From: Eledone cirrhosa
Lineage: Eukaryota
Direction of reading: 5' to 3'
Assembly (NCBI GenBank): GCA_964016885.1
Contig: OZ024743.1
Location: 9,424,001-9,488,000, forward strand
Length of the DNA stretch: 64,000 nt
Made by a program: the position numbers and the translations under genes. Shown piece after piece: positions 13,230-27,974 of this stretch (positions are counted from its first letter, which is position 1; every line of letters begins with the position of its first letter). The notes beneath the pieces were generated by a model. It was not told where the DNA came from, ran no database searches, and was given only the letters and a program-made list of their open reading frames with translations.

Positions 13230-13495
13230 AATATTCCGTGTTGAATTTCTTTTGCAAGGTTTGATGTTTTGATACAAATATAATTATATTTGGGGTGGGT
13301 CATATTGTTATAATATTGCCAGAAATATATAATAAAACACACTCACTGTTTGGTTTGGATTGGTTAAACTTCCGTATATTTTTTATCCCTATAGTTAATT
13401 TAGCTGGCAATCAATGTTTATCATTGATTGACCAACAGTTAAAAAATATAGATATAAATATATATATAGTCTATCAAAGTTCTTTCATCACACAC
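13230..13495 (-). mobile_element. Diverged copy of the 20557-21134 pLTR-like family
   Basis: Shares GGGTCATATTGTT..ATAATATTGCCAGAA, CTCACTGTTTGGTT, CAATGTTTATCATTGA and AAAGTTCTTTCAT. Confidence 0.75.
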
Positions 13496-14390
13496 CTATG
13501 GCCGGGGTTAGAAAGGATAAACGGCAAAACTGACGCCAAGGAAATCTGAACTCGGAACATATAGCGATGAATTTAATTACTATAAATTAGTGAGTTCGAA
13601 TCTCTATCATGTCAATGTGCTACACTACCTTTAAACAATCTTGACAATATTGATAATAACAAATATAACTATAAATCCTAACACATCTAAACTATATAAG
13701 GATTTTTACTGTACAATTTACTGTATTTTTAAGTATAAGGCTTTCCATCCAATTCTTAGCAAATGAGTTTTATACATTCAAATCTATTCTGGAGCTGGAA
13801 TATTCATATCTCTAAACAAATTTACTAACTCCATTAAAATTACAATATGCTATAGGTGCTTTGATTGAGCGGATGACTTTCCGATTAAGAAACGTCTACG
13901 TATTATCTATTTATTCAATAATTTTGAATATTTGGAAGCTCTTTCAAAATTGAAATAAAAAAATCAATACTATCATTATTATAAAGCAAGTAGTGAGATA
14001 GTCTTGATTTTAGTCTAGCACATTAGTTAGTGCTGAACCTCAATGAACTGCAGATATGAAAAGGAGAATACCTATGAGCATATTTTAAGAGAAACGCACG
14101 CTTCAGTTACTTGCTAAGTATTATCTAATATTCTTTATTAAACAAGTCTCAAAGAAAAATTTGTAATTTATAATTACTAAAAATTGAGAGAAAAAAAGCA
14201 ATTACGTGAAGGATTTTAAAAATTCTTAAGGCAGTCAGTAGTATTAACTAAATATCTGTTTACAATGGCTGTTTTCTTTATCTAAGATTTCAAACATTAT
14301 GCATTAAATTTTGTTTGCTACATGCATTGTCTCTAATTAACAATATATTATGGATAAAACAGAAACAAGTATTTTAGATTTTACAACTAT

Positions 14391-14572
14391 ATAATTGTTT
14401 CTACTTTTGGCACAAGGCCAGCAATTATCCAGTACATTACTGGTACTTTATTTTATCGACCCCATAAGGATGAAAGGCAAAGTTAACCTCGGCGGGATTT
14501 GAACTCAGAATGGCAAGGGCCGTAACTCTATGCGTCAAAGCATGGCGTCCAACCCTCTACCGATACTGCCAA
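14391..14572 (-). mobile_element. tRNA-derived SINE
   Basis: Near-identical to 698-890. Confidence 0.85.
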
Positions 14573-16691
14573 TGTTATATTAAAATAATTAAATATTTAG
14601 GAAGTTTCCTGTTATCTATGTCAGATGCCATCCTTCTATTTCTCCTCTTCCTCATTATTTATTATTTATAGTAATGATTATAACACTGAATCATCTCAAC
14701 TTCATTTTTTCAGCATGTCTCTGATCACAAAAGTGAAAAATGACCAGTGAAATATAAACGAAATAGAAGTTAAAACTACATACAAAGCATTAAGGAATTG
14801 AAGGTTTACATCACAAATGATAAGTGATAACATTGTTGATATGTAAAAAGAACACCTGAATATTGACATTGTTGATGTCGACAGAGTTCCAAAATATATA
14901 AGGAGATGAAATGGAACCATGCATAAATAATCAAACGATGAAAACACTAAATATCCTATAAAAAGACATATTCTACAACTGGTCTCAATAGAAAAGCGAT
15001 AGAAGTTCATTTCCTTATCCTTTTGCCTCGGAGTTCACTTTATACACATCCATGCTTGCAAAACTACATTCTATAATTTGATTTGTTCAACAATCTCTTA
15101 TCGAATTACGAATTCATGATATATTTTCAGTTAAAACTCATACAAATGATGTTATAAGCAATAATATCTCAGACTTAAGTTTGATCCCTTGTATAATTCC
15201 TTTCACTATTAGAATAGCTAAAATATCATCAACGGTAGATTTGCTACAATATAAAACTAAACGAAAAAAGAAAAAAATCTTCTAAGGAAATAGGTTTGAT
15301 TCATTATTGAGAAATATGTAGAGCACATGAGATTGCATTAATCATTAATCAATATTTATAGAAAAGAAAGTGATGCGTCCAGAACAACGATACTCGATTA
15401 AAGTAAAGCCGACTTAGTTGATGGTTGTCATTTCATTTAGAGTGTTTGTGTTAGTGAAAGGTTCGCAGTATGTATTATAGTGAACCAGAAAAAATGTCAT
15501 ATGCAGCTTCATAGAAAGGAATAATGGAATATATCTTTGTGAGGCATTTAGAAGAGTGCTTTAGCGCTATTATCATCGATAAAGTTAGAATGATTTGCGC
15601 AAGGAATCCATTACATAATTTATGGTATATAAGTAATATAAGACTAGATAACGAAATATGACAGAATTTCATAGCATATAAATATGTATATATGCACCCA
15701 CATTCACGCTCACAAAAAATCACACTCTCACACACATATACATTTATATAAAGGAGATAACATAATGTAACTGTGTATATGTAAATATATATCTAAACAA
15801 TGTTATATATAGCTACATATAAAGTTATGTAGCGAGATAAAACGGCAAGCAAACTATTAAAATTGTTTAACTATTGAATGGATATTGAGCAAGCCATTGA
15901 CAATGGTTATAAATTATATCATCTTAAAAGTTTACAGAAACCGAAATTAAATTTTATAGATAATTCAAACCTGATTAAAAATAAGTTTGCGGCACGTTCA
16001 CGATGATGAGGGCAATACAAAACCTCTGATTTCCCCCTCATTGATATTACATTTATAATTTGGTAGAATGTGGTAATAATCGATGAGAGTCACGTACATT
16101 ATTGGAAGAATATAATTTGGTATCAGTTAATTAATCAATGTGCATCCAGCCTTTCTAACCTCTTGGTTGCCTGCAGTAATTATAGAAGTACTTGTAATAA
16201 TGCGTGTGGCTATTGATTTTCTGGAAGGAAAAGTTGAAGGAAAAATGTCTGAATAAATCTGTTTGGAGAATAGTGAAAAACGAAGAAAGAAGATGAAAAT
16301 GAAACAGCATACGAAAACTGCTGTATTGTCTCTTGTTCTAAGTTTTCCATAAAGGCAAATATGGTGATGGTTCTGTCAACAAGTTTCAGAGGAGATTATA
16401 GAAGAATAGTATTTAAAAATAGTAGTTCAAATAACTTGAAACATATCAAAAGCCGCATTAATATCTCATCTTACATAGGCTGGCGAAGGTGATCGAGAGA
16501 GGAGATTACTGGAATAAATTAATAGATTGAAATAGATTTAGTCGTTTTAGTTCTGAGTTCAAATTTGGTTGATGTCGACCTTAGTTTTTATCCACTTGGG
16601 AGCAAGAAAACTAAATTTTATATAAGTTAAATGCAGTTGTATACTTTCTCCCTGGTATAATCGTTGCTGTGCTTAATATGAGTCAAATCTA

Positions 16692-16798
16692 TACTACTAC
16701 TACTACCACCACCACCACCACCACCACCACTACTACTACTACTACTACCACTACCGCTGCTGCTGCTGCTGCTGCTGCTGCTGCGACTGCTGCTGCTG
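16692..16798. repeat. Compound trinucleotide microsatellite (ACT)n(ACC)n(ACT)n(GCT)n
   Basis: Directly visible. Confidence 0.9.
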
Positions 16799-19001
16799 TA
16801 TAGGATCTTGACTATAAGCTACAATTTGACGTTTAGTGGAAGTAAACTAATCATGTAGAGAGACAATGGAAAATAATAAAAAAAAATAGAATTCTGTGAT
16901 GGCTCATCAATGATTAACTTATTTTGTGTCATACAGTTTAGCTATTATCATACCATGAAGTATTGCAGAAATGTTGTTATGAAACTCTCAAATGACGTGA
17001 AACCTACTAATATCAAAGGTAGTGAGTAAAAGAACTGTCATCAAATATAAGATCAACTGACTTCAAATACAGCAGAGACAGGAATAATTAACAGAAAGTG
17101 CTCATCGAATACCATGCTTCTCATAAGCATGTAAAGTACTTAAAGCAGTTTAGTGTTAAGTGGGAGATTATAGATTGGAAGTCAGAACGTCAATTTGCCA
17201 TAAGATGTAAGAATTAACACAGTAATATTCAAACATAATGACATCAAGCAATTAACCAAAATACTTTCGTTTATAAAATAGATATCCTGCTTTCATCATA
17301 CAATCGAAATATCTGCTTTCATCGAATACAAGGAGAGTGTGGCTTCAAACGACACACAGAACACTAATTGGTATGTCAAACTACGCTCAGATGATTAAAA
17401 GATATTGACACCCAAAGTAGCAAAATAGTTACTTGATGATGTCCAATATTTAACATCCAGTAATTACCTTAAACTATCATTCACTTATCTTAAAACAATA
17501 TTGAGAAGAAATGGCATTTAAGTATGATAATAATAATTTAATACTTATTTATAATTACATTATCTTTTTGTCCCAGAAAATCAATGTCAATACAAGCAGA
17601 GTTAGAATATAAACCGCAGAGAAACAAAACACATGCAAGAGATATTTAGTCCGGTACTTTACAGTTTTTGTCATTAGTCCCATGATAGCAGTGCTGCGAA
17701 AGCCACAACATGTAGTGTGCTTAGTGCAATGTAGTAGAGAAGTTTCACCAAAGAGAAAATGATACACTTTCAGCAAGTTTCATGTTAATTAATGTCAGTC
17801 AAACCATTCATTTTGTCGAGAATACTTTGTCTTTATAAGGGGATTTAATTGTGCAATTATCAGGTGAAATATATTTATTGTACCAAACAGTATTCACTGG
17901 ATGATACGTGTAAAATAATGGAAAAAATAGTATTTGGTCTGGGTATAATAATATAAATTAAAAAAATAATACAATATGTAACAAGTTTTAGATATGTCAA
18001 GGGAGTTTGAAAATTTGGGTTATTGATTTCTTAGAGAGGCAAAACACCTTAGATTTAAGAAATACTATAACAGGTGTCGGGATGAGGATGTAATTACCCA
18101 AAGTAGTAGAACCATAAATGAAGAAATGGTTACTATAATTAGTCACAATATTACAATCTTGTTCGCTAGAAAATTAGTTTCAACCAACGAAATATATGTA
18201 GAAAACGTTTTTGTTTTCTATTCTTATTTGCAAAGAAATAATTTAACATAAAATGAATAATTTAGTTTCTTTTGACTAATCATAAAGCCGATATCTTAGG
18301 CGAGATGAAGTTTGATGTCTTTACTGAAATGTATGGGAAGCAAAATTGCTGCAACTTCAGTCTCGATCAACAAAAGGATAATTTCTTGCTCAAACACTTT
18401 GACCATTAAAACAATATGAAGATGTGTCTTGTATACAATTGTTTCCGCATCAGTGTTTGTGCCAGTCTGTTTAGATACTTCATATCTATGGCCATTATTC
18501 ATAGAAATCATTGTGCATTTCTTACATTGACGAAATAAGTTCATTTCTATAAATACAGTTAGAACCGTTTCAATATGTCAATGAAACAGCGCTTACACGT
18601 TTAGTTTTTTGCGAATAGTTTCAATCGTTATATATACCATCTATTAGAAATATTTTGATTTAGCTACCATCAATATCCATTCTCGTAGATGGATTGACTT
18701 CTAAAGCTGTATTCCTATGTGGCGATACATGGTCGACAGCTGTGCAGATAAGTTGGCAGTATGATGGATCCTGTGTCAAGGAATATTGCAGTAACCAAGG
18801 TGAAACGCATGACGATAATAATTAAATTTTAAGCCAATAGGAATAAATCATGAAATAACACTTTGTCCATTGAAGAGGGGATATTTAATAACAGAGCACT
18901 TCATAGGTTTGGCTTTTTTCCGATTAAAAAATCTATTCTAGCAATTTTCATCTATTTCTATTTCTATCACTGTCATAATACAAGAAATATATGAGGAACA
19001 C

Positions 19002-19053
<52 letters not shown>

Positions 19054-20556
19054 ATATATGTAAGTATATGTGCGTTTGTGTGTGTTGTATGTGTGTGAGA
19101 GAGAGAGAGAGAGAGAAAAATTGACCAAAAAAAGAGACAGCTATAGAAAGAAATATATGATATGAACAAATATAAATAATATAATACACAACTCATAAAT
19201 ATGTATATAAACAGATGGAGAGATAATACATAGATAATAGTTTTATTACTTGTGATAATATTTTCATGGATGGAATCGGTTTAAGATGGTTTATTTTCTA
19301 TTTTGGGGATTGTTTTATCGTTCGCAATACTGGGATTTTATCGATAAGATTTGAGGCAACTTCATGCTGAAACGCTTTTTTTTATTGTGTTTATATACTA
19401 TGCGATCCACAATTCAGCATATATGTATTTTTTATAATCTTTATTTACTCTTGTGTGTTGGGTATATATGTTTTTCTATCGGTGGCATTAATAGTTAAAT
19501 CAGCTTTTCTGCAAGCACTTTATTGCCTAAACCGATAACATCTTAGCCTTTTGAACTAAAGCCAAAATGAAATAGTTACTGATACATATTTCTCTTTGCA
19601 TGAGGTTACCTGACAAAAATTATGACTGTTTCATTAAATTAAATTGAAAATTTCTCAATAAATTTTTTCTTTACTGCTTTTGATATGAATTTTGATGAAG
19701 GGCGAAATTACTTAGCAATATTTAATTATGATACTGTAGGTTAAGAGTTTAAATCACACAGAAAGCAATTCTATCTTTCAGTTTTTCGAGATTGATAAAA
19801 TTAAGTCGATACAATCCCAAAGACAAGGTTAGAAATCAGTAATAAATTTTACAACGGTTTGAGTTAGCAGAATTCGTAGAGCTATAAACAAAAACAGCAG
19901 TTTTAGTTACCAAATTTTATTTTATATCCTCAAATACCAATAAAGTTAATTTTACATTTCATTCTATTTGTATAGCTAGAATAACTACCAGTTAAAACCT
20001 ATGCCCTTCCCTACGTTTTGTTAGATAGAGACATTAATTTTCACGATATTTTAAAAGTATATCTTAGATGAAGAAGAGCTAATTAATGTTCAAGCTTTTA
20101 AAGTGCCCTGAGACTGGTGATGGAAAATGAGGAAGAAGCAAAAACTCATACGGCTGAATGCTTACAACAGATTAGACAGGTCTACGTATGTAAGCAAGAA
20201 TACATTCAAATATATGTTCTACCTCTTTTTCTTAATTTCAACAGAATGCTTTCCCGGTTGTAAAGAAAAGAATATTTGCATCGCGTCTTGTTCTTCCTTT
20301 AAATCTTAAGAGAGTTTTGCTGATCTTGAAAGTATCAGATAACGAGGCAATTGGTGACTTATGAAGGAAAGAGCTGCGTAGTTTCACATGACCGGGTTCA
20401 GTATGAATCCGGTGACATCATCAGGTATTCGAAATTTAACAAAGGAATATAATAGACACAATCCATGGGGCTGAAAAGGCAGAGAGACAAGAAGGCGGTC
20501 AAACATTTAGCAGTTTCTAGTCCAGTCGGCCGCCCTCATATATATATATATATATA

Positions 20557-21134
20557 TGAATTTGTATTGCGAGGTTTTTGATCTGAAATCATGTGTCAAA
20601 ACAAATATTGTTATACTTGGGGAGGGTCATATTGTTGTAATAATATTGCCAGAATTAATAACAGAACATACTCACTGTTTGGTTGGTTTTCGCTTCTGTA
20701 TCTTTTATATCAGTTAATTTATTCGGTCCTCAATGTTTATCATTGACTGACCAACGGTCAAAAATACAGATATAATATAGACACAAACACATATATATAG
20801 TCTAACAAAGTTCTTTCATTGCACATCTGCAACATCAATTAACAAGATTAAATAAAGATGGCGTAGACATACAATACAACAGGAGGAAACATAATAGCAC
20901 CACTGACGCTGTTGCAGATGTGCAACGAAAGAACTTTCTTAGACTATATATATGTGTTTGAGTCTATATTATATCTGTATTTTTGACCGTTGGTCAGTCA
21001 ATGATAAACATTGAGGACCGAATAAATTAACTGATACAAAAGATACAGAAGCGAAAACCAACCAAACAGTGAGTGTGTTCTGTTATTAATTCTGGCAATA
21101 TTATTACAACAATATGACCCTCCCCAAGTATAAC
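20557..21134. mobile_element. (TA)n-embedded fold-back pLTR-like element
   Basis: Inverted arms of about 225 bp at 20610-20834 and 20910-21134 with few mismatches; TA tracts on both sides; HHR-like core at the inner end. Confidence 0.85.
20903..20938 (+). ncRNA. Hammerhead-like core with one substitution
   Basis: CTGACGC-T-GTTGCA-GATG-TGCAAC-GAAA-G-AACT-TTC; the left arm has GAT at the substituted position, which restores CTGACGA. Confidence 0.5.
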
Positions 21135-21149
21135 TATATATATATTTAT

Positions 21150-21210
<61 letters not shown>

Positions 21211-21359
21211 CATATACATATATATTTATATGCATACATATATATTTATCCATATATATATGCATATACATATATATATATAAATTATATATTTATATAT
21301 TTATGTATATCGATATATATATTTATATAATATATATATATATGTGTGCGTGTGCGCGC

Positions 21360-21433
<74 letters not shown>

Positions 21434-22149
21434 ACAGCTGTAGTAGAACTGATATTTTCAGAGTTGATTACCTGAAGTTTGATTTTGTCACTTAAAACAT
21501 CAAAACAACACAGTGTCTCTTTTAAAAACAGTTGTTTATAAAAATGAATATTCTAATATTCCAATGTCTATATCTATAAAAATGAATCTGAATTCCTGTT
21601 TGTGGCAAATATTGTGCTAGCTGCTTCTGCTGTTGTCAGTCACGGGAAATTGTGCTCCATGTGTTTTTATATGAAATTTTATCAACCTTTATCGTTTTGA
21701 GAAATAGAGCAAGAAAGAGAAAGAAAATGAGTAGTGAAGCGCATATGTGTGAGTGAGGTGGAGAGAGATAGACGGAGAAAATGAGATTAAGAGAGAGAGA
21801 GAGAAAGAGAGAGAGTGAGAGAGGGAGAGAGAGAGAGAGAGATAGAGACAATATGGACGTCAGAAAATGACATTTCAATATGTTGCACTAAACTTTCACA
21901 CGTCTGATTTTAGTGTTCTCACCTTTGCCAATCTCTCTACAACCAATTTCCGAATCCAACGTTTGTTTAGTCCAGTGGAACATTGAACAACGGATATTTT
22001 GCACATTAATCTTTGCGATCATTCTGGGATGGATTTGGATCTCTGTGTCAAATTTTGTGATTAATCTTTGAGAAAAAGCACGTTACTTCGTGCTTATTAT
22101 CTAGGCAACCATTCCCTCCTCTTAGATCAGGTTCTAGATAACAATATCC

Positions 22150-22323
22150 CAGACCTGCCAACCTCTAAAAACTCTAACGGGGAGTACCATAAAAAGAGGG
22201 CCCCTAAATAGGAACATTTTACATAATGAAAGCTATCCACATTTTCACAAGAGAAGACATCTCGTACCCACCCCAAACTGGGTGAGAGACGTCCCTGGCG
22301 GGCTGGGAGAGTTGACAGGTCTG
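22150..22323. mobile_element. MITE with 13-bp terminal inverted repeats
   Basis: CAGACCTGCCAAC ... GTTGACAGGTCTG (one mismatch); TSD is unclear. Confidence 0.65.
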
Positions 22324-22959
22324 TCATCCCTATATATGCCCCACTGATAACCAGATAAACATAGATTCTTTAATTACCGTAGTCTGGTTAAAATGCGTCG
22401 ATATTTATTTTAATATTGATTAATTACCTCTCATAAGATAGTTCAATATGGACGGCATTTCCCAAGACTTCATTTTGACACATTTGTTTTCTAAGAGAAG
22501 GCATTATTTAAAATGAATATTAATATGTAAATAAATTACAGTTTCGATTTTTATCATATGCAATCAAATATAAACTGAATAATCACCTATTTTAATCCCC
22601 TGTTTCGAATTTTATAAACCTAAGAAAATATATTCAGTTAATACTATCAGATGTTTTCTATTTTACAGTTGTTTAATCTATTTTCAACAACTAAGAAAGA
22701 AAGAAAGAGAGAGAGAGTGTGAGAAGGAGAGGAGAGATAGAGAGAGAGAGAGATAGAGAGAGAAGGATAGGGGAGGGAGAAGTAGAGAGTGCATCTACAT
22801 TTTTTAAGATGTGCTTATAAATATAAATGATTTGAATATATGGGAAACCTTTCTCGTACACTTTCAATATTTTTGCATTAGAACAGGATTTGCGCATTCA
22901 GCTGAATATACTTAATGGAAAGTAAAATACGCAGGTTTATACAAAAAATGTTTAGTTTT

Positions 22960-22993
<34 letters not shown>

Positions 22994-23068
22994 CCTCTCT
23001 GTTCTGTCCCTGTTCAATTTTTTATTATATATATATATATATATACATACACATATACACACACACAC

Positions 23069-23100
<32 letters not shown>

Positions 23101-24879
23101 ATGTGTGTGTGTGCGTATGATATGAATGTATGAATGTATTTATATATATATATCTATATAGCGATTTCGCGAACATAAAATATTGCATATTCAAAGAGTA
23201 GTCAACACAGCGTATATTTGCATCTGATAGAAGTTAAGAAATATTTAATATCAATCAGAGCTACATATAAACCTAAATTATGGTTTAGCCAAGGCTGAAA
23301 TCCGGAACATTAATGCCAGAAAATATGAAATCTTACAGTTTCTGAGTCTTTTGATAATTCTTCCACTGATACCCATAGTAGGCAATATAATCGAAGATAA
23401 AGGACGAATTTATTAAAGTTGAAACATCTAGGAGCGTCATTAATATCACATACCATGACTTTCAAATGTTTATCTTTATCACGACACATGTAACAATCAG
23501 AGATACGCATGCTTAATGGTCTTTCATAATAAAAGTGGCTTGAAATTGATGTGCTACAACAAATACTGCATTTGATGTTCTTCGAATTAAATATGTAAAC
23601 TAATGTCAATTACAAACCTCTGTATGTTCAGGGAAACTTAGCTACACATGCAAACATAATTTACATGCAACAGAAACTGTGACAGTTGCAACAGTCTCTA
23701 TGCATAATACATTTATCCTTAATATATGCGCAGATTTTGTTTTGGAATCGCCTATTTATGTTCAAAATAGCTTCATATATCTTCTATTTGATGATATTTA
23801 ATGTTGCAATATATTGCACAAAAGCTTTGATTCTTCGGATAAGTTGAGTGGGGTGCAAGTATTTATTATATCACTAGATTTAATCCTATTTGTTAAAGTA
23901 AATCCGTATTATTTCGGCTTAAATGTATAAAATAGGAGCTATATGATACGCATGGGAATAAGAAATCCATGGAACATATTCTTTAGTTGAGTTCTAATAT
24001 TATAAATATTTACGAAAATACATTAGAGAGAACTACTTAGCAAAGAAATCTTAATAACTAAAGCTAATTCATACTGAAAATAAAACTCGTGATACAAGAG
24101 GTTATTTCTATTAACAAAATGTTTGCACGAACATCTATTTATTTCATATGTAATCCTGGATCCTTCACAATTCTATGTGAACTTATATACTATTAATTAG
24201 TGTTCTCCTGGTTTCTGATATGTCTACATTGATCCTGTACACACGATCACTTCAAAGTAAATACAATCTCACTAGTTAGATGATATGACTACATATTCCT
24301 AACACCTTATACACGTAATCCCAAATTATATACATAACATTTTTCTAAAGTAACAGTTACTGTAGTTATAGTTTATGTTCTTGTTTAGTCCCGTGTCATC
24401 GGTGGCTAAGCATAATTATACGGAATGGTGTTCCAGGTATGACCATCTCATCATCTTTGATATTGCCTGTGTAGGACTTCATGAAATAAAGTACGAGTCA
24501 GGTGATTGTGCCAGTTTCCTTCAGTAACCTCACCCCATAAATTTGTGGCTATGTGCCTATGTTCCTATGTTAAAAATTGTAAACCTCATGATATTCATAT
24601 TAATACTGATTCATTATTAACGTTGTCATTGCTAATGTTAACGATGACCTTCATGTTACTATAACCATATAGGTACGGATTGTTCTTAATGATAGTGGAG
24701 TAGGTTATTTTCAATTGCACACTTGCTCTTGTTGTACGAGAGACAGTTCCTCTATTGTTGTATTATTGATGATACGCTTGAAATTGTAGTTAGCATTTTG
24801 TAGGTTAATGCAGTGTAGCTAAAGCTTGTGTCAGACAAACAGAGCAAATAATATGGAAGACAGCATATTACTGGTACTT

Positions 24880-24998
24880 TCTGATTTAGCTACAAGGCCA
24901 ACAATTTGGGAGGAGGGGAAAGTCGCTTATATCGATCCCAGTTTATGACTGATACGTTATTGTATTGACCCCGTAAGGATGAAAGGCAAAGCTAAGTT
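24880..24998 (-). mobile_element. Partial tRNA-derived SINE
   Basis: Core GACCCCGTAAGGATGAAAGGCAAAG and tail CAAGGCCAACAATT. Confidence 0.7.
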
Positions 24999-25047
24999 AT
25001 AGTGACAGGGAGGCACCCCCCCCCCCACACACACATATATATATACG

Positions 25048-25200
25048 ATGGGATTCCGCATTGTTTTTGTCTACCAAAGTTCACTCACATATTGGAAAGC
25101 CAAATATTTAGTCGAAAGTCACTGCCCAAGTTGCCATGCAGTGAGATTGAACCAGATACCACGCGGTTGAGAAGAGAAATCCTTAACAACAAGGCCATAT
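25048..25200 (-). mobile_element. Second SINE family (OR2-like), diverged
   Basis: GTCTACCAAAGTTCACTCACA..TGCCCAAG.TGCCATGCAGTGAGATTGAACC; B-box-like GGTTCAATC on the minus strand; family recognised from memory. Confidence 0.55.
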
Positions 25201-26049
25201 TAGTGCCTATAAGCGTATGCTCAAATCGTGGGTCCCAAGCATGTTCCTTTTGAAAAAGAAAGAATTTACTAAATAAGAAGGTTAGGGTCTGGCAAATTTC
25301 GATTAACTGCTGAATTAAATTTATATTAATTACAACAGACTTGAGGCAACTACTTTTAATCCTCTGCACAACATAATATCTAGTCTATATTTTAAAGGCA
25401 ATCACTGTGGTGTGAGAAGTAACCTCCTGAATATTTGCCCCAGTTTGAATTCTTCAGTGCAACATTTCATTTCGGTTTAGTCTTGATGGAAACGTATGAA
25501 CGTCATAGTGTTCACTGCACTAATATAAAACTAAAGTTTAATAATTCAATATTCTCATTAAGACCAACTTTTGAAATTGTAATTTAATTCATTTATTACT
25601 ATCTGACTAAATGAAATTCTGTTAAAATGAATTTTAAATTGGATACAATCTTTAATGTTGACATGTAAAGGGTCATTGCATGTGAAATTAACTTTTGCTA
25701 ATAATAGAAATGGATCAAAGATTGACACTAACAAGCAGAATGTTGACAATCATTCTTTTGCAGAGAAGTTGTACCGGGTAAGACAGCGGTTTGGCAGAAT
25801 GTTTAGAGATCCATGCTAAATAAATATGATACTCAGTTTGGAAATGATATATTTTGAATTTTACATGACGTAATCTACACATTTCATTTCTACATATATC
25901 AATACTTTGGAGTCAATAAATAAAGTATTAATGATATAATGTGATCAGTATATTTCAGCTACATCTAGAAGAATTGTGCCTTTGTAATAATGATTTCATT
26001 TATTGGTCACAAGGGCCGACATATAGGGAACAATACAAAAGACTGGGAC

Positions 26050-26580
26050 AGTGGGGTTTTACAGAAAAATCGAGAAAACAATATGAATAACAATAACAAA
26101 GTAACAATAAAATTACAACTAGAAAAATTCCCCAATAGGGGGGGGGGGTGGCCACCCAGTGTTCGCTCCGGTACACCACCAATCCTGAACCACCCGACGC
26201 TTTGAGAGCACCCCTCTCCTCCTTTTACCCACCTACAGACGCATGACCAGAGTAGGCCCACTCACACGGGCCATTCTCACCACATTCACCCACCTTTCAG
26301 TAAATGTACTGGGGGGGCAGCAGGGAAAAGTATCTGTCTTCAGTCCTTTCAACCTCGTCCACCATACAACCTCTTTCGCTACTGCCACCAGACAGAGGAA
26401 AATTGCCTGCCCTTCCTGGCCAAAAGAAGGCGGTGGGTTGATCTTCACTATGGACTCGTCCGATAGCCGGATCCGTTCTACACGCGACAACAGCTGTTCG
26501 ACATAACTCCACAAGTCAGTAATGCACGGTCACTGGAAGAGTGCGTGCAGACGGTTTCGTCGATCTGCGCGCATCTCGGT
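26050..26580 (-). mobile_element. Tx1/L1-clade LINE: ORF2 C-terminus and 3' UTR remnant
   Basis: ORF 26233-26514 WSYVEQLLSRVERIRLS..FLCLVAVAKEVVWWTR..FTERWV fits the L1/Tx1 C-terminal region; a pyrimidine-rich 3' UTR follows. Confidence 0.65.
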
Positions 26581-27348
26581 GCCTTTGTAATAATGAACTA
26601 TTTTTGAGTAATAAGTGATTTGATACCTTTGAAAGGACAACTATATTGACTGAAGTAACAAACAAACAGATCTTCAGCTGGAAATAGAAACTAAATGGAG
26701 ACATGCCTGAATAGAATGAATACCATCAACGATATGGTACTTTTCATGAGTGATACAAAATATCTCAAAAGTGTTACGATGTTTCTGATATCAAAATCAG
26801 TTCCATATATTATATAGAAATACCTGTACGAAATTTTCAGATGGCATATCCTGTTTATGACTGGTGTAACTGAGGGATGCGTTAATTACTATGTATGATT
26901 AGAAAATGAGACAGCGTCTGCGTGGCTAATTGGAGTGCGAAAAATGGAAGACATAGTTCAATGTGCAACTTATGTCTTAGAATATGAAAGACCTGCTAAG
27001 CAGGTTGTCTGGGGGGTAAACTTCATTATACTGTGTAATAGCTGATATAATTCATCTATCAAGGCTAAATAACAGAATCATTATGTTAAAGGTCATCATG
27101 ATTCATTATACATGATAAAGATGACGTTGCAAATATTCAGTATTATCATCAAAATCTCTAATTAATAATAACAATGAAAATTAATTAAGACAAATATTAA
27201 TTCCTCGATCCCATTTTACAGAAATATTCAACATTCAAATTAACATAAATGTATTAGCTGTGCTTATGTGAATATACATTCATTAAAGTTTCCGCATACA
27301 ATAAGGGGATTTGAATTTTATAAGGAGTGATATAATATTATTACAAGT

Positions 27349-27525
27349 AATAATTGTTTCGACTTTTGGCACCAGGCCAGCAATTATCCCAGTGCATTAC
27401 TGGTACTTTATTTTATCGACCCCGTAAGGATGAAAGGCAAAGTTAACCTCGGCGGGATTTGAACTCAGATCATAAAGGGAGGTAACTCTATGCTTCAAAG
27501 CATGGCGCCCGACCCTCTACCGATA
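27349..27525 (-). mobile_element. tRNA-derived SINE, head truncated
   Basis: Same core and B-box as the other copies. Confidence 0.85.
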
Positions 27526-27974
27526 ATAATTTCCTAAATACCCTCTCAAATTCGCGAAACCCACACCGCTACGCTACCAGAATAAATAGATCTGTATTCA
27601 CAGCCTTCACCTCACTTCCCGATCAGTTTTAACACAGCTCTACTGTCACTTTTTTAGAACTATGACATTAATTACTTCTTGTTAATTATACAGACTATTA
27701 ACTTCAGTTTTTACATGTTATTTCTATAATGCCATATATTTTCTATTATATTATAGGGTTTTATATTCTATTCCTTCTCATCTTTTTAGTATCCAGCCCC
27801 GCCAACATCAATTCTGTTCCCCACTCCCATAAACATTTAGTACTTTGTCCATGCCAACACACTAATACTGCTCTGAAATATACGCTTCCTTCCAAATTTG
27901 CAATCATAGCAGTATCTCTGCAACAGCTCCAGCCTCCTCAGTAAAGGCTGGTGAGTCAATACAGATAGAAGGAA

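Noticed and set aside
18296-18544. Minus-strand 82-aa ORF, and the Cys-rich ORF at 23310-23609
   Set aside because: No recognisable domain; lengths are compatible with chance
21870-22080. Possible mariner/Tc1 5' fragment (QWNIEQRIF)
   Set aside because: Too short and degenerate; no paired TIR found
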